Assembly (NCBI RefSeq): GCF_018350175.1
Contig: NC_058368.1
Location: 169,758,001 to 169,822,000 of the forward strand
Source of the DNA: Felis catus
Lineage: Eukaryota
Length of the DNA: 64,000 nucleotides
Direction: 5' to 3'
Below are positions 37,431 through 49,683 of the stretch, one piece after another. The notes under the pieces are model-generated. The model worked only from the letters and a program-made list of their open reading frames with translations. It was not told where the DNA came from and searched no databases. The position numbers were made by a program, and so were the translations under genes. Position 1 is the stretch's first letter; each line of letters opens with the position of its first letter.

Positions 37431-37727
37431 TAAGTTTGAACTTGAAGTGCACTGCTACATGATGAATTAAAGCCTAGGAGGCTTGGGCTGGCCAGCAGAA
37501 AGGGCTTTGCCACCAGAGCAACATTAGATGTAAAATTAGGCTCAAGGATGGAGTCATCATTGTTGGTAATATTTAAAAAAAATGGCTGGGTGTACGGATT
37601 ATTCTTAAGAAATAAAATAAGAGATCAGTTATCAAGAGAAATATTGTCTAGCTTGCTGATTCAGTCTAACCACCATTTGTGTCCTGTTTATCAGTGGCTC
37701 ATCAACATATAGTAAAGAAACTCTGTT

Positions 37728-37944
37728 GGGGCGCCTGGGTGGCGCAGTCGGTTAAGCGTCCGACTTCAGCCAGGTCATGATCTCGCGGTCCATGAGTTCG
37801 AGCCCCGCGTCAGGCTCTGGGCTGATGGCTCGGAGCCTGGAGCCTGTTTCCGATTCTGTGTCTCCCTCTCTCTCTGCCCCTCCCCGTTCATGCTCTGTCT
37901 CTCTCTGTCCCAAAAATAAAATAAGAAACGTTGAAAAAAAAAAA
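37728..37944 (+). mobile_element. Young Can-SINE (SINEC_Fc, recent subfamily)
   Basis: CpG-rich; intact A box (TGGCGCAGTCGG) and B box (GAGTTCGAGCC); 14-bp TSD aaagaaactctgtt (37714-37727 / 37945-37958). Confidence 0.98.
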
Positions 37945-39859
37945 AAAGAAACTCTGTTTATTTTAATGTAGATCATGTCACAATTCTACCTGTGGGAGAG
38001 AAGTATAACAGAGGCAGGAGAAATTTGTGGCCAGGGAGCATCATACACGTCCAAGCTATCTGGGAACTGGCAGACCTCCCAGTTCAGCAATTTAACACCT
38101 GTATTGGGAGTAATGGAATACACCTTTATATCAGAGGGACGTGTATTCAATCTTTCTCATCGTATTTTCTGGAAAGGAGTATCATTGTTTTCACTGACTC
38201 TGCTGTGAAGCATATGGGGTCCTCAAAGCCCAGAAAAACATGTGGCCATGATTTCCACTTACCAGTAGTATCCCCATTATGGATGCTTATTTATAACAAA
38301 GTGATGATGTTGAGGTTGCTGCACTCTCCCGCCCCTACCGTTTCCCCACCATCTGGTACATGAGCTAAGGGCAACAATTCCTTCTTTTATTAGCTTGGCC
38401 TGATATTTACAGGTAGAATGATAATATCTTATTTTCATATGTGAGAAAACCTAACAAAACCGTCAAGAACCAAACCACAATTAGGAATTGATCTATACTG
38501 AATAACTTGTCAATATATTGTCATCACTGTTAGAGAGAAAGGGATGAAATGAATAGCTATAAGTCATCATGACTAGGATAGGGACATTTCAGTTCTTTTT
38601 CTTCAGTATTGAGAATAAATGAATGTACGACAGACCAAAGACCATCTTAGACCTAGACGATTGTCACTCTTGCCCTAGGCTCAGTGCTTTAGTGGAGCTC
38701 CCTCTAGTTTTGTTCTGATTGTTTCACTCTGGATGAAGAGAGCAGTGCCTTGGGGACAACTTAAAACCCACTCTCCCCTGGTAGACCATATTCTAGGTAC
38801 CCACAACCTGGTATCACCTGGCTCTAAATCCACTTCCAGTGGTTTTGTGTGCCTTTTTCTCAGACTTATCTGAGGACAAGGGACAATTGTTTCAGAGATG
38901 TGTGGATTGGATTTCTGGGTTGCACATCTCAGGTATGCTTGTGAGGTCCCTCACCATGTGATCATGAGTAGGAACAAGATGAGTGGGTGTCCTATGAGCT
39001 GGGGGCTCTATTGGTGCTCTTGCCTTATACCCTGAAAATATTTGGTGTGGGTTTGTGTAGACACTTGCCAAACAAACTCAGTCACCAACACCATGACTAC
39101 CAGTATACCTCCATAGTGAATTTTAGGCTTCTGGCTGTAGAAGTAAATTTTAATTTTTCTTAAATTCCTTCAAAGCATTGGCCCTCTTCCTTTTTGTTAA
39201 AACCCAAAGGCCAACCTCAGATTACATTCTCCTTTTTCAATCTTCTTAAATCTTTGTAGGGACAAAGCATGCCAAAGGCAGCACACATATACTCAATCAA
39301 GAAAGTAATTTTGGAAATAATGGTCTGCTCAAATGGATAAGGCAATTAGGTAAGATGCCAGTAGGCATGGTTTTAATGCTCAGGGTAAAATTAAGTTGAG
39401 GAATTTTGTATGTGTGTGTGTGTAACTGATTGCCCCCTGGCCTGCTTTATTCCCTGCTTCTTGGAAATGATTTTCATATCCCCTGTTTTCCATCAGTGAT
39501 TTCTTTCCTTTCTACACAGCAAATTTAAGTCTGGCAAGGCCCAGTATCAGCAGGACTATGAGATGTGTAGACAGAGTAGCTGTTGTGGGAATAGAGCACT
39601 GGGTATAATTTCACAAAAGCTCCCAGGTCTGTCATCTCATCAGTCTAATACCTTTCCTAGTCTTTATCTTATGCCTTAGGAAATGGGTATGGAGGGGCAG
39701 CAAAGGAATAAGAAATAGGAGACTTGGGGGACTTGAGAAAAGGGAATGGGAATCAGTGAAGAGGTGAGAAGCATAGTAGGGAGATGTTACCCAGATTTGG
39801 TCTTTTATAAAATTTAAATCAAGGAGAGGCTTGGCAAAGTGAACACCTGGTTAAAAATT

Positions 39860-40230
39860 GTATTGCAAGCATTTAGAATCATTTCTTAGGATAGATTCCC
39901 CAAAGCAAGCATAGATGGGTCAGAAGATAACAATATTTTGAGGCTTTTGATATCTATGTCAAATTGTAATCTGTACTCCAACTGGAAGCATCTAAGGGTT
40001 CTTGTTTCATTGGATCTTTGCTAGTGTTAGCAGTTAATTCTGTTTTATTATTTAAAAAATTCTCTGCTTAATAACCAAAATGTTATCTTACTATTTTCAT
40101 TTTATTTTCTATCATTATTAGTGAATCAAATGGTTTTCAATCTGTTGCTTTGTATTTTCTCTTTTAAAATTATTTGTTCAGCTCTTTTGCCCTTATATAT
40201 ATATTAGAATCTTATTATTTTAGTTAGGTA
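39860..40230 (-). mobile_element. Old L1 (L1ME-like) fragment
   Basis: 'atttcttaggatagattcccc...atgggtcagaagataacaatattttgaggcttttgata' is typical of the reverse strand of an L1 3' region. Confidence 0.65.
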
Positions 40231-40242
40231 AGCCTTCCTTTT

Positions 40243-40352
40243 AGATACCAAATGGCACAGCTAGTATATGTATGTACAAACATATCATACCATGGCAAAT
40301 TACACAAAATGGCAAGATATCAAATAGCACAGCTAGTGTATGTATGTAGAAA
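40243..40352. repeat. 38-bp direct repeat pair separated by 34 bp
   Basis: agataccaaatggcacagctagtatatgtatgtacaaa (40243-40280) vs agatatcaaatagcacagctagtgtatgtatgtagaaa (40315-40352), 4 mismatches. Confidence 0.9.
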
Positions 40353-41007
40353 GTAACCAATGCAATGTGTTTTCAACTCAATGAGCTTTTTTTTTTTTTT
40401 AATGTACATCCAGGCATGTTCTTTTCTATTTTATTTTTTAAAAATTCCTTTGAGATATTATAGCAGTTACGTGATTAAGGATGAAGATAAAATTGATTTT
40501 CCATTAAAAGGGACTATTTTTAAAGACTGGTCATTTAAAATACAACCAGAAGCTACTGTGGTTCATCAACTGAATCATAACTGTAGCTAATTCTAACTTG
40601 TTTTTAAATCAGCTAACAAATGTTTTTCATTGAAGCACTGTGATATGTGACACATATAAGGTGATTTTTTCAGCAGCAGAAAAATAAATTCAAAGAGCAT
40701 TTTGCTCCTTTGGGAAATATTACAGAGAGCTCTGTTGAGAGAAGGAAGCTTATGCCAAGGACTTTACCTTGGTCCCCAGAGACAGGAGAAATGAAATGGC
40801 CACTTGAATCAGAGTCTCCATCTGCTACAGGAGTTCACACTGAAGCCTTCTTTCATCTAATTTTCTGGAATAGATTATTGCTAAAGCTTACTTTTTTACG
40901 TGAAAAGAATAACACATATACCATGGGTGAAGAATGGGGAGACATAGTAAAATGTATTCTAAATTAAATTAAACTTAATCTTTATTGGACAGTTCAAGAG
41001 GTTACTA

Positions 41008-41240
41008 TTTTCATTCATTTATTCATTTGTTCAATTAGTATTTATTGAGCTTTGTGCTTACGGCATGAAACTAGGTGCAAGGGAAATATAAAAACAAATA
41101 ACTCAGGATCCTGCCTCGTCAGCATGTGTGCTTGAATAGGTATGATGTAACACATTCTTATATTAAAATAGTCAAAGTGAAAGTTATAAACACATGAAAG
41201 ATTCAGCCAGAGTGCCATGGATGCTCAGCGTGGGGACGGC
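41008..41240 (-). mobile_element. L2 3' end
   Basis: 'tcattcatttattcatttgttcaattagtatttattgagc...ctaggtgcaagggaaatata...gatcctgcctc'. Confidence 0.75.
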
Positions 41241-41301
41241 ATCCAAATAAAAATAATCCTACTTTGACCAGACTTTGGAAATATTGCTTAGTATTCCATC
41301 A

Positions 41302-41303
<2 letters not shown>

Positions 41304-41352
<49 letters not shown>
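41304..41352. repeat. (TG)24 microsatellite
   Basis: Perfect TG run. Confidence 0.98.
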
Positions 41353-41354
<2 letters not shown>

Positions 41355-41779
41355 TCTGAGGAACTGTACTGCAAATAGCGGAATTTCCTGGGTGTGCAGG
41401 TCGAGATTCCCTTGTAGTTCAGCAGAGGATCCCTCCATGGTTAAAGTAGATAATTGCTATTTTGTGGCAGGCTAGCATACTTTTATTCTGCTTTCCCTTT
41501 GGGATATTCTTAAGCATTGGGTATAATCTGATGGTACTGAATTAGGGATGTTGTCCTTCTTAACTAAATTTGGCAGATTAGCCAAGCTATGCTAAACCTC
41601 TAAACCCACTCTAGAATTTGAATCTAGAATAAAGTGACAGAATTCATCCTCATTTGATTACAGTTCCTATTTTTGGTCTTGGTTTCTGCTCATTTCTGAC
41701 TCTGGTTCTCTAACCTTCTTGAGGTTATTTTTCAAAATCTTCACCTGATGTAGGTTAGCTAGAGCTGAGTTTTTGGTAC

Positions 41780-42010
41780 TATATGAAATGTCTGTTGTTT
41801 CCTATTCCAGACCCATTTTTGACTCTTCTCCAGCCCACTCATGTCTGAGAGACTGACTTGAATGGACTGTCTCAAGAGGCTTCTCTTTCCCTCTGGTTCT
41901 GGTTGGGTTTTGACAAAGGGGAGTTTTTACAGGAGATGAGAAGAAGGAGAGTGAGATCGTATCTCTTGGTCCCTTCCTTGTGAAGTCAAACTCAGGCTGC
42001 TGTGTGTGGC
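41780..42010 (+). mobile_element. 5' LTR (LTR67B-like, 3'-truncated) of a fossil ERVL provirus
   Basis: 'tatatgaaatgtctgttgtttcctattccagaccc...ccctctggttctggttgggttttgacaaaggg...caggagatgagaagaaggagagtgagatcg' matches the recalled LTR67B 5' half and resembles the start of the LTR at 50051. Confidence 0.7.
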
Positions 42011-42423
42011 AACTAGGTTCTGACTGTAAGGGATGAACTGCCATGCTAATTAAACACACAACACTACCAAATCTCATACGGTAAGTAAAGGAATTGGTAG
42101 AAGAAGGGTGACGCTGACTAATTGAATGGGATTAGACATGAACAAGGCTGAGCAATTTTTACTTCTGATTTCCCCAGAACCTCTCTTAATGGTGAAAGAG
42201 TGAGCTTGTTCTTGATCTTTTGCCATCTGAGAGAATGAACTCTCCTCTGCTTAAAGTTTTTTGATGACTGCCCTTGAGATAGTATTTCAATTGCTTCAGA
42301 AGTTGGTATCTATCTTCTTGGGCATTCGCACTCTGCACATTTCCTTTGGGTCCATGAAGAGAGTTAGATCCCGACATTGACCAGGACTGCTCTAAAAAAA
42401 AGTTTATATATTGCAAGAGTAAA

Positions 42424-42942
42424 TGGCTTTATAAAATGAGTTTGGAAGCATTCTCTTTTCTTAAATGTCTTGAAAAAGTTTAAGAAAGCTTGGTGTTAAT
42501 TCTTTTTTAAATGTTTGTAACATTTACCAGTGAAGTCATTTGATCCTCGGATATTCTTTATTGGGATTTTTTTATTATTATTGATTCAGTCTCCTTAATT
42601 TGTTATTTAGGTTTTCTTTTATTTTATGATTAAGTTCTTGTTAAGTTGTATGATTTTAAGAATTAATTTTTTTTAAGTTTATTTTAAGAAAGAGAAGGAG
42701 AGCATGTGCGTGAATGCACAGGGTAGGGGCTGAGAGAGAAAGAGGGAGAGAGAACCCCAAACAGGCTCTGTGCTGTCAGTGCAGAGTCCAATGCAGGGCT
42801 AGAACTCATAAAATTGTGAGATCATGACCTGGGCCAAAATCCAGAGTCAGACACTTAACAAACTGAGCCACCCAGGCACCCCAAGGATTAATTTCTTTTA
42901 AGTTATCCAATTTGTTAGTGTATCATTGCCCAAAATACTCTT
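42424..42942 (-). mobile_element. Inverted 5' segment of L1 (ORF2)
   Basis: Starts 'tggctttataaaatgagtttgg', the reverse complement of L1 'ccaaactcattttat...gcca'. In L1 this directly precedes the forward segment starting at 42943. Confidence 0.88.
42670..42882 (-). mobile_element. Can-SINE (SINEC_Fc2-like) nested in the inverted L1 segment
   Basis: TSD aagaattaattt (42658-42669) / aaggattaattt (42883-42894). Confidence 0.94.
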
Positions 42943-45339
42943 AGCATTATCCTGATATCAAAACCAGACAAAGATATTATGAAACAAGCAAACAAACTAT
43001 GTGCCAATACTCACATTGAACATAGATGGAGAAATCCTTGACAAAATGCTACATTAAAAGGATCGTACACTATAACCAAGAAGGATTTAATCCTGGGATT
43101 AAGTATGGTTCAACACACACAGATCAACTAATGTATTATGCCACCTTAATGGAATGAAAGAAAAAGATTGAATAAGGGATAAACCTTACATGATCATCTC
43201 AATGGACACAAAAAATGCATTTGATAAAATTCAACACCTTTCATTACAAAAACCAGGAATAGAAGTAACTAACCTCAACATAATAAAGTCAATTTTTGAA
43301 AATCCCACAATTAACATCACACTCAATGGTGAAAAATTAAAAATTTCTCTCCTAAGATCAGGAAGAAGGAAGGATGCTCACTCTCAACACTTCTAGTAAA
43401 CACAGTACTGGAAGGCCTAGCCAGAACAATTAAGTAAAAGAAACAAAAGGCATACAAATCAGACAGAAGTAAAATTACCTGTTTGCAGATGACATGATCT
43501 TATATATAGAACTCTAAAGACTACACAGAAATAAAAACAGGAATTGATAAATTTGTAGGATACAGTATCAACATACAAAAATCACTTGTGTTTTTATACG
43601 CCAAGAAGGAACAGTTCAAAAAGGAAATTAAGAAAGTCATTCCATTTATTGTAGCACCAAAAAGAATCAAATACTTGGGAGTAAACTTAACGAAGGAGGT
43701 AAAAGACTTACACATTGAAAACTATAGCATGTTAATGAAAAATAAAGACACAAACAAACGGAAAGATATCCTATGTTCACAAATCGGAAGATTAGTGTTA
43801 AGATGTTCATACTACCCAAAATGATCCACAGATTTGATGTAATGCCTACCAAAATCCCAATGGCAATTTTTTTACAGAAACAGAAAAACAATCCTAAAAT
43901 TCATATAGAATCACAAGAACCTCAAATAGCCAAAGCAGTCTTAAGAAGAAAGGTAGAGGCATAAAAGCAGACATACAGACAATGGAACGGAATAGAGTCT
44001 AAAAACAAACCTCTGCAGTTACAGTCTAATGATCTTCAACAGAAGTGCCAAGGATACAAAATGGGGAAAAGATTGTCTCTTCAACAAATGGTGTTGGGAA
44101 AACTGGCTATCAATATGCAAAAGAATTAAATTGGAACCTTACCTTACACCATACACAAAAATCAATTCAAAATTGATTAAAGACTTAAACATAAAAACCA
44201 AAACTGTAGAATTCCTAGAATAAAATGTAGGGAAAAGCTTTATGACATTGGTCTAGGCAATTATTTCTTGGATATAACACCAAAGACACATGAAATAAAA
44301 ACAAAAACAGACAAGTGGGATTCTGTCCAACTAAAATGCTTCTGCACAGCAAGGGAAATAGTCAACAGAGTGAAAAGGAAACTTAGGAAATGGGAGAAAT
44401 TATTTGCAAATCATATATCTGATAAAGGGTCAATATTTTAAACATAAAAGAAACTCCTACACCTCAATAGCTTAAAAACAAATAATCTGATTTTAAAAGG
44501 GGCAAAGAACTTGAATAGACCTTTCTCCAGAGAAGACAAACAAATGGCCAATGGGTACATGAAAAGATGCTCATATTGTTAATCATCAGGGAAATGCAAA
44601 TGAAACCATAATGAAATATCACCCACCACTTAGGATGTTAAAATAATTATCAAAAAACAAAAGACAGCAAGTATTGATAAGAATGTACAAGAATTGGACC
44701 CCTTGAACACTTTGTATGGGAATGTAAAATGGTGCAGCCACTATGGAAAAAAGTGTGGAGATCCCTCAAAAAACTGAAAGTAGAATTATGCTATGAAATT
44801 TATTATAAAGTACAAAGGAAAATACCCATCAATCTCATGTCTGAGTATATATGAAATCACGATCTCAAAGAAGTATTTACACTTATATGTTCTTTGCAAA
44901 ATTATTCACAATAGTCAAGATTTGGAAACAACCCAAATGTTCATTGGTAGGTGAATGGATGAAGAAAATACAGTATATACATACAATACATTAAAAAAGA
45001 AGGAAATCCTGCCATATACGACAACATGGATGAATTTGGAGCACATTACACTAAAACTAGTCAGAAAAGGACAAATACTGCATAATTCCACTACTGTGAG
45101 ATATCTAAAATATTCAGACTCCTAGAAACACAGAGTGGAATGGTGGTTGCCAGGGGCTTAGAGGAGAAGGAAATGGGGAGTAGCTATTCCATTGGATATA
45201 AAATTTCAGTTATATATAATGAGTCAGTTCTAGAGATCTGCTGTATGGTATTGTGTCTATAGTTAACAATACTGGATTGTGCCCTTCAAAATAGGTTAAG
45301 AAGGTAATTCATAACCATTCTTGCCACAATAATAAAAAA
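42943..45339 (+). mobile_element. L1 (L1MB1/2-like) with decayed ORF2 reverse transcriptase region and 3'UTR
   Basis: ORF fragments MIISMDTKNAFDKIQH, IKYLGVNLTKEVKDL and [14 protein letters not shown] at 43482-43493. Ends 'ccacaataataaaaaa'. Many stops and frameshifts. Confidence 0.95.
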
Positions 45340-45344
45340 GGGAA

Positions 45345-45760
45345 AGTAAGATTTACTTTCAAACAATAAACATGTATTTTATTATCTGGGGAAAATAGCT
45401 GTAGAGGATATTATTTGGACAATTGGCAAATTGCAAATACAGATAATTATATAAGATGTGTCTAAATCAAATTTCCTAATTTTGGTAATTTTATAGTTCT
45501 TAGAGGATATTCTTGTTCTTGGAAAATACATATTGAAGTATTGGGGTAAGAGTGCATGTCTGCAATATCCTCAAATGGCAAATGATTCAGAAAAAAAGTG
45601 AATGAAGATGTGTTTATGTAGAGAAAGAGAAATGAAAGTATAAATTGGGTAAAACATTAATGATTGTTGAATCTAGGTAAATATTTTATTAAAGTTCTTT
45701 ATACCATTCGTGCAAAAATAATGTATTTTATATCTCAATGAAAAACTAACTGAAAAAGAA
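45345..45760 (+). mobile_element. L1MC4-like 3'UTR fragment (possibly 3'-transduced)
   Basis: 'ggatattatttggacaattggcaaatt', 'tcttgttcttggaaaatacatattgaagtatt', 'tgttgaatctaggtaa'. Confidence 0.75.
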
Positions 45761-45790
45761 ATATGCTTCTTAAAAAAAGAAAAAAATGGC

Positions 45791-48755
45791 CTTGCCATTA
45801 TCCATCATTAGGAACTTGCAAAGTAAGCTACCAGTGGATTCTTGGGGTGTTTGAGCAACATTGATGAAATATAATCAGAGAAGGCTGAATTCATGGAAGT
45901 GAGTATATTCATTTTGGATTCAGAATATAATATTTTGGCTCCCACACCTGATAGAGACATGAGTAGTTTGCTGGGATGGTTGATCCAAACCTGTACTCAA
46001 AGTTGGCTTACGGTTAATAAGATTAAAATGCTAGCTCTCCCATGTTTACATTTTGAAGTGGTAGGAATCTGATGCTGTAGGAAATGGGAATGTTGAAATG
46101 GATTTATTATATATAACCAACTCAGCCACTTTCACTCACACACTCTGGGAGAATTTGGAGGGTACTCTTTTCACTGGAGCATTAGGAAATCATTGGTAAG
46201 GAGCACACCACCATCTTTGAAGACCTCTCAATTGCCAGCACTCTGTAGGTCAGATACAATGTAGGGACATTTTAGTGGAATTGTTTTTTTTTTTTTTTCT
46301 TTTATCTCAATGGTAATAATGTCATATGGAGTTGCAGAGAACAGGTAGTAATGCAGTTGCTCTAATAAAATCATGTCTAAAATGGTAATTAGAGGATTTT
46401 GGCCTGCAGGAATTTCTGGCAGTTTATCCTTAGAAATGATATAGATGGACAGTCTAATAAAATGTTTTTTTTTTCTTGTAAGCCTGGCTGGGAAGAACAC
46501 AATATTGAATTACCTCAAGTGGGATTTATCCATTTCCTAAGTCAGTGCATAGACCCAGAGCCCCTTGAGTGGAGGTGAAGTAAAGTCTTTTTGAGGAACA
46601 ACTGTGTAACAAACCCATAAGCCTTCTCCAGATATTCCTAGAGCCATTTTCCAGGGCCACTATGCATAGGACAGAATGGAGCTCAGCTCTTCAGCATTTT
46701 TTGGGTACTGGCTCTGAACTTAAGATCCTCAGAGACCGAAAATGACATGGTAGTTCACAAGTCATAATAAGAGTTTATGGAGCTCAGGTGATAGAGAGTC
46801 CTGCACAGTGTGTATCTAAAAGGTGTGTCCAAAGGGAACATGAACCCATACTCAGCTTATTTTTCCCAGTTGTAAAACATATACTTAGTAATTGGAAAAA
46901 CTTCTGTATTGGTTTCCTGACTTGTGGATTAAGGAGATAAAAGCATAAGCCCAGTCTGTACACTTATCTGTATAGTATGTTAGTGACAGTAAGAAGAGTT
47001 TGGCTGCTACACCACAGTGCCACTCAGGATGGCCCGAAAGACACTGGTTAACAGAAATCCTCCATGTGAGAGGAACTTGTTTTAGGGCATCTGGTTGTTG
47101 TTGTTGTTGTTTTTAAAGACCATCTGGTTGTTTATTTTGTGTAGAAAGGGAGACAACCTAAAGTATAGACCTACAGTGATTCATGGGCAGTAGCTAACGG
47201 GCTGGTGGACTGATCAGGGGTTTGGAAATAACAAAGTTGAAAAATTGGTAAGGACATCTGAGAGAGAGGTATGAATGGATCTCTCAGGATGGGTACAGCA
47301 TGTGAAGATACTCCTGTTCCATGTAATGCCCATCTCAGGACATTCACTGCAGAGATGAACAAGATTTTCTTTCTCCTGATTGCCAGTTTTTTTTCCCTCA
47401 GTCATCTGTTTCCAATTCAATGAGTCCCCCTGCAAAGTATCTGGAGTGGCAGGGATGGAAATTATGCATGAGTTCAAATTTGTGGTCTTCTCCTCAAGTG
47501 ACTACTGCCAGTCTTGATTGCCCAAACCATCAATAATATATACCAACACTGAACTCCTGATAAGGCACCATTTTCAAGGGAGGACCAGCGGGCAACCTCG
47601 TAGTATATTAGTTATATTTGATCACTTTTTACATAGGGAGGGCATAGTTTTCTCTTTATAGGAGTAGATTCATATTTCAGGAAAGCTCAAACCACCATCT
47701 ATGTATCTGAGAAATGTTTTCTTCATTGCCATGGTCTACTACATGACATCACCTCTAGTAAGGGTACATATTTCACAGCAGAGTAAGTGCAGAAATGCAG
47801 GAATACACCCATGGTCTCAGCCTGTGCTTCATTGCTGAGAAACACTTGGCTCCATAGAATGATGGGATGGTCTGCTGGAAATTAACTTACATTTATAGCT
47901 GGGAAACACCTTGTGAAGTTGAGATGCTGTGTGATAAGATTCAGATACCAGAAACAGCATCGCTCTTAGTTACTCACACACTAGTTTCTCTGTTAGCCAG
48001 AATACATGGCTCCTGGAACCAAAGAGTGAAGATGAGAGAGAGTCTTAGTCTTAAACTTAACAACCCATTTGGGAAACATTTGCTCCCTATCTCTGTAATT
48101 TTGGCATTGGTGGTTTTGGGGGGCTTAGAGTGAAAAGGAATTACTTCACCAGCAAGCAGTAGTTGTTCTGATGTACTGGACACTTCTGGTCATTTTGGTT
48201 TGCTTGTGACATAAAGGTCATTGCTCTATCTGGGGTGATTGTTGCAAATACCAGGAAGAAACATGATTTCTGATCCTCACTGAGAGCAAAGAGTAGCAGG
48301 GGACCCAGGGGATTTAATGGGGGAATTTCTTATACATTCAAAAATCTATACTCAGTGTTCTGGTAAATGGAAAACTGCAGCAATCCAATTAAGACAAGAT
48401 TCCTGAAGCCTTAAATTTTGTAGAAATAGAAACTAGGGTTACACCATCAAGGTAAAGTTTTTGTTTAGTTGAATTCCTAGTGGAAAGGATGGAAACGTGA
48501 GGTGGGATGGCTGTAGATCATCAACTCAGGTTTCATGACTAGCTACAGAAGCAGCGACTGTAGCAGTTATGGTTTGTTGTTGTTGTTGTTTTGTTTTTTG
48601 TTTTTGTTTTTTTCCTTTCCTCTTCTTCCTCATATCATGGACACAATTGGTGACTAACATTCTAGGTTTGAGTGGGACTTGACTAAACTGACACCAGCCT
48701 GTTCTAATGCATTAATTAATGAGACATTGTGTAACATCTGTACTGGGGACACATG
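45791..48755 (+). pseudogene. ERVL-class internal region: decayed gag, protease, RNase H and integrase; RT domain apparently deleted
   Basis: Protease-site remnant GTGSEL (46704-46721, cf. DTGSEL); RNase H YSDSWAVANGL (47172-47204); integrase GVDSY (47661-47675, cf. GIDTY). Motifs lie in retroviral order with no long ORF. Confidence 0.88.
47100..47120 (-). mobile_element. Tail-only retroposed insertion in the ERVL RNase H region
   Basis: gttgttgttgtttttaaagac between perfect 12-bp repeats catctggttgtt (47088-47099 / 47121-47132). Confidence 0.65.
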
Positions 48756-48949
48756 GCTTTAAATTTTTTGAATTTAACTTTATAGAATAAGATTTGACAA
48801 ATGCTATTATATATATTTAAAGTCTTTGATGTGATGATTCTTTATGCATTGTGGAATGATTACCAAGATCAGGATAATTAATACATCCATCATCTCACAC
48901 AGTTATTCTTTTTTTGCCTTCTGTGGTGAGAATGATTAAAATCTCTCAG

Positions 48950-49180
48950 TGGGTGGCTCAGTCGTTAGGCATTTGACTTTGGCTCAGGTTATGATCTCAT
49001 GGTTCATGAGTTCGAGTCCTACATCGGTGAGCTCATGCCCTGTTTCAGGAAAACCCTGCTTCTCTCTCTCTTTCTCAATCTCTCTTCCCCTGCCTCCCCC
49101 TTCTGGGATTATATCTCTCTCTGTCTCTGCTTCCCACCCCCATGCCCTGTTCAGTTGTGCGTGTGTGCTCTCTCTAAAAA
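48950..49180 (+). mobile_element. Can-SINE (SINEC_Fc3-like)
   Basis: Head 'tgggtggctcagtcgttagg' and B box 'gagttcgagtcc'. The body 'atcggtgagctcatgccctgtttcagg' differs from the other SINEs. Diverged TSD ending in ctctcag. Confidence 0.85.
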
Positions 49181-49456
49181 GAAACTACTCTCAGCAACTT
49201 TTGAGTATATAAGTATTAATGTATTAACCAGAGCCACCATGCTGTATATTACAGCCTCAGAACTTATTCTTAAACTAAACATTGATATCCTTTGACTTGT
49301 ATCACCCCATTTTTCTCTTCGCCAGCTTCTGGCAACAACCATTCTATTCTGTTTCCATGAAATTGGCTTTTATTTTATTTTATTTATTTTTAGAATGAGT
49401 GATGCCTTAAGTATTTGTCTTTCTATGGTTTATTTCACTTAATATAACCCCCTCTA

Positions 49457-49683
49457 GGGGCGCCTGGGTGGCGCAGTCGGTTAAGCGTCCGACTTCAGCC
49501 AGGTCACGATCTCGCGGTCCGTGAGTTCGAGCCCCGCGTCAGGCTCTGGGCTGATGGCTCAGAGCCTGGAGCCTGTTTCCAATTCTGTGTCTCCCTCTCT
49601 CTCTGCCCCTCCCCCGTTCATGCTCTGTCTCTCTCTGTCCCAAAAATAAATAAATAAACGTTGAAAAAAAAATAAAAAAAAAA
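49457..49683 (+). mobile_element. Young Can-SINE (SINEC_Fc, recent subfamily)
   Basis: Nearly all CpGs intact; TSD ataaccccctcta (49444-49456 / 49684-49696). Confidence 0.98.

Noticed and set aside
40243..40352. CRISPR-like repeat-spacer-repeat geometry (38/34/38 bp)
   Set aside because: Only two imperfect copies, no cas genes, mammalian context, and the spacer appears derived from local sequence.
41933..42080. Exon-like interval ending in a strong donor (ACG|gtaagt)
   Set aside because: It lies in LTR/ERV-derived sequence, has a weak acceptor and gives no recognisable peptide.
43190..44223. Functional reverse transcriptase gene
   Set aside because: These are short frameshifted fragments of a dead L1 ORF2.
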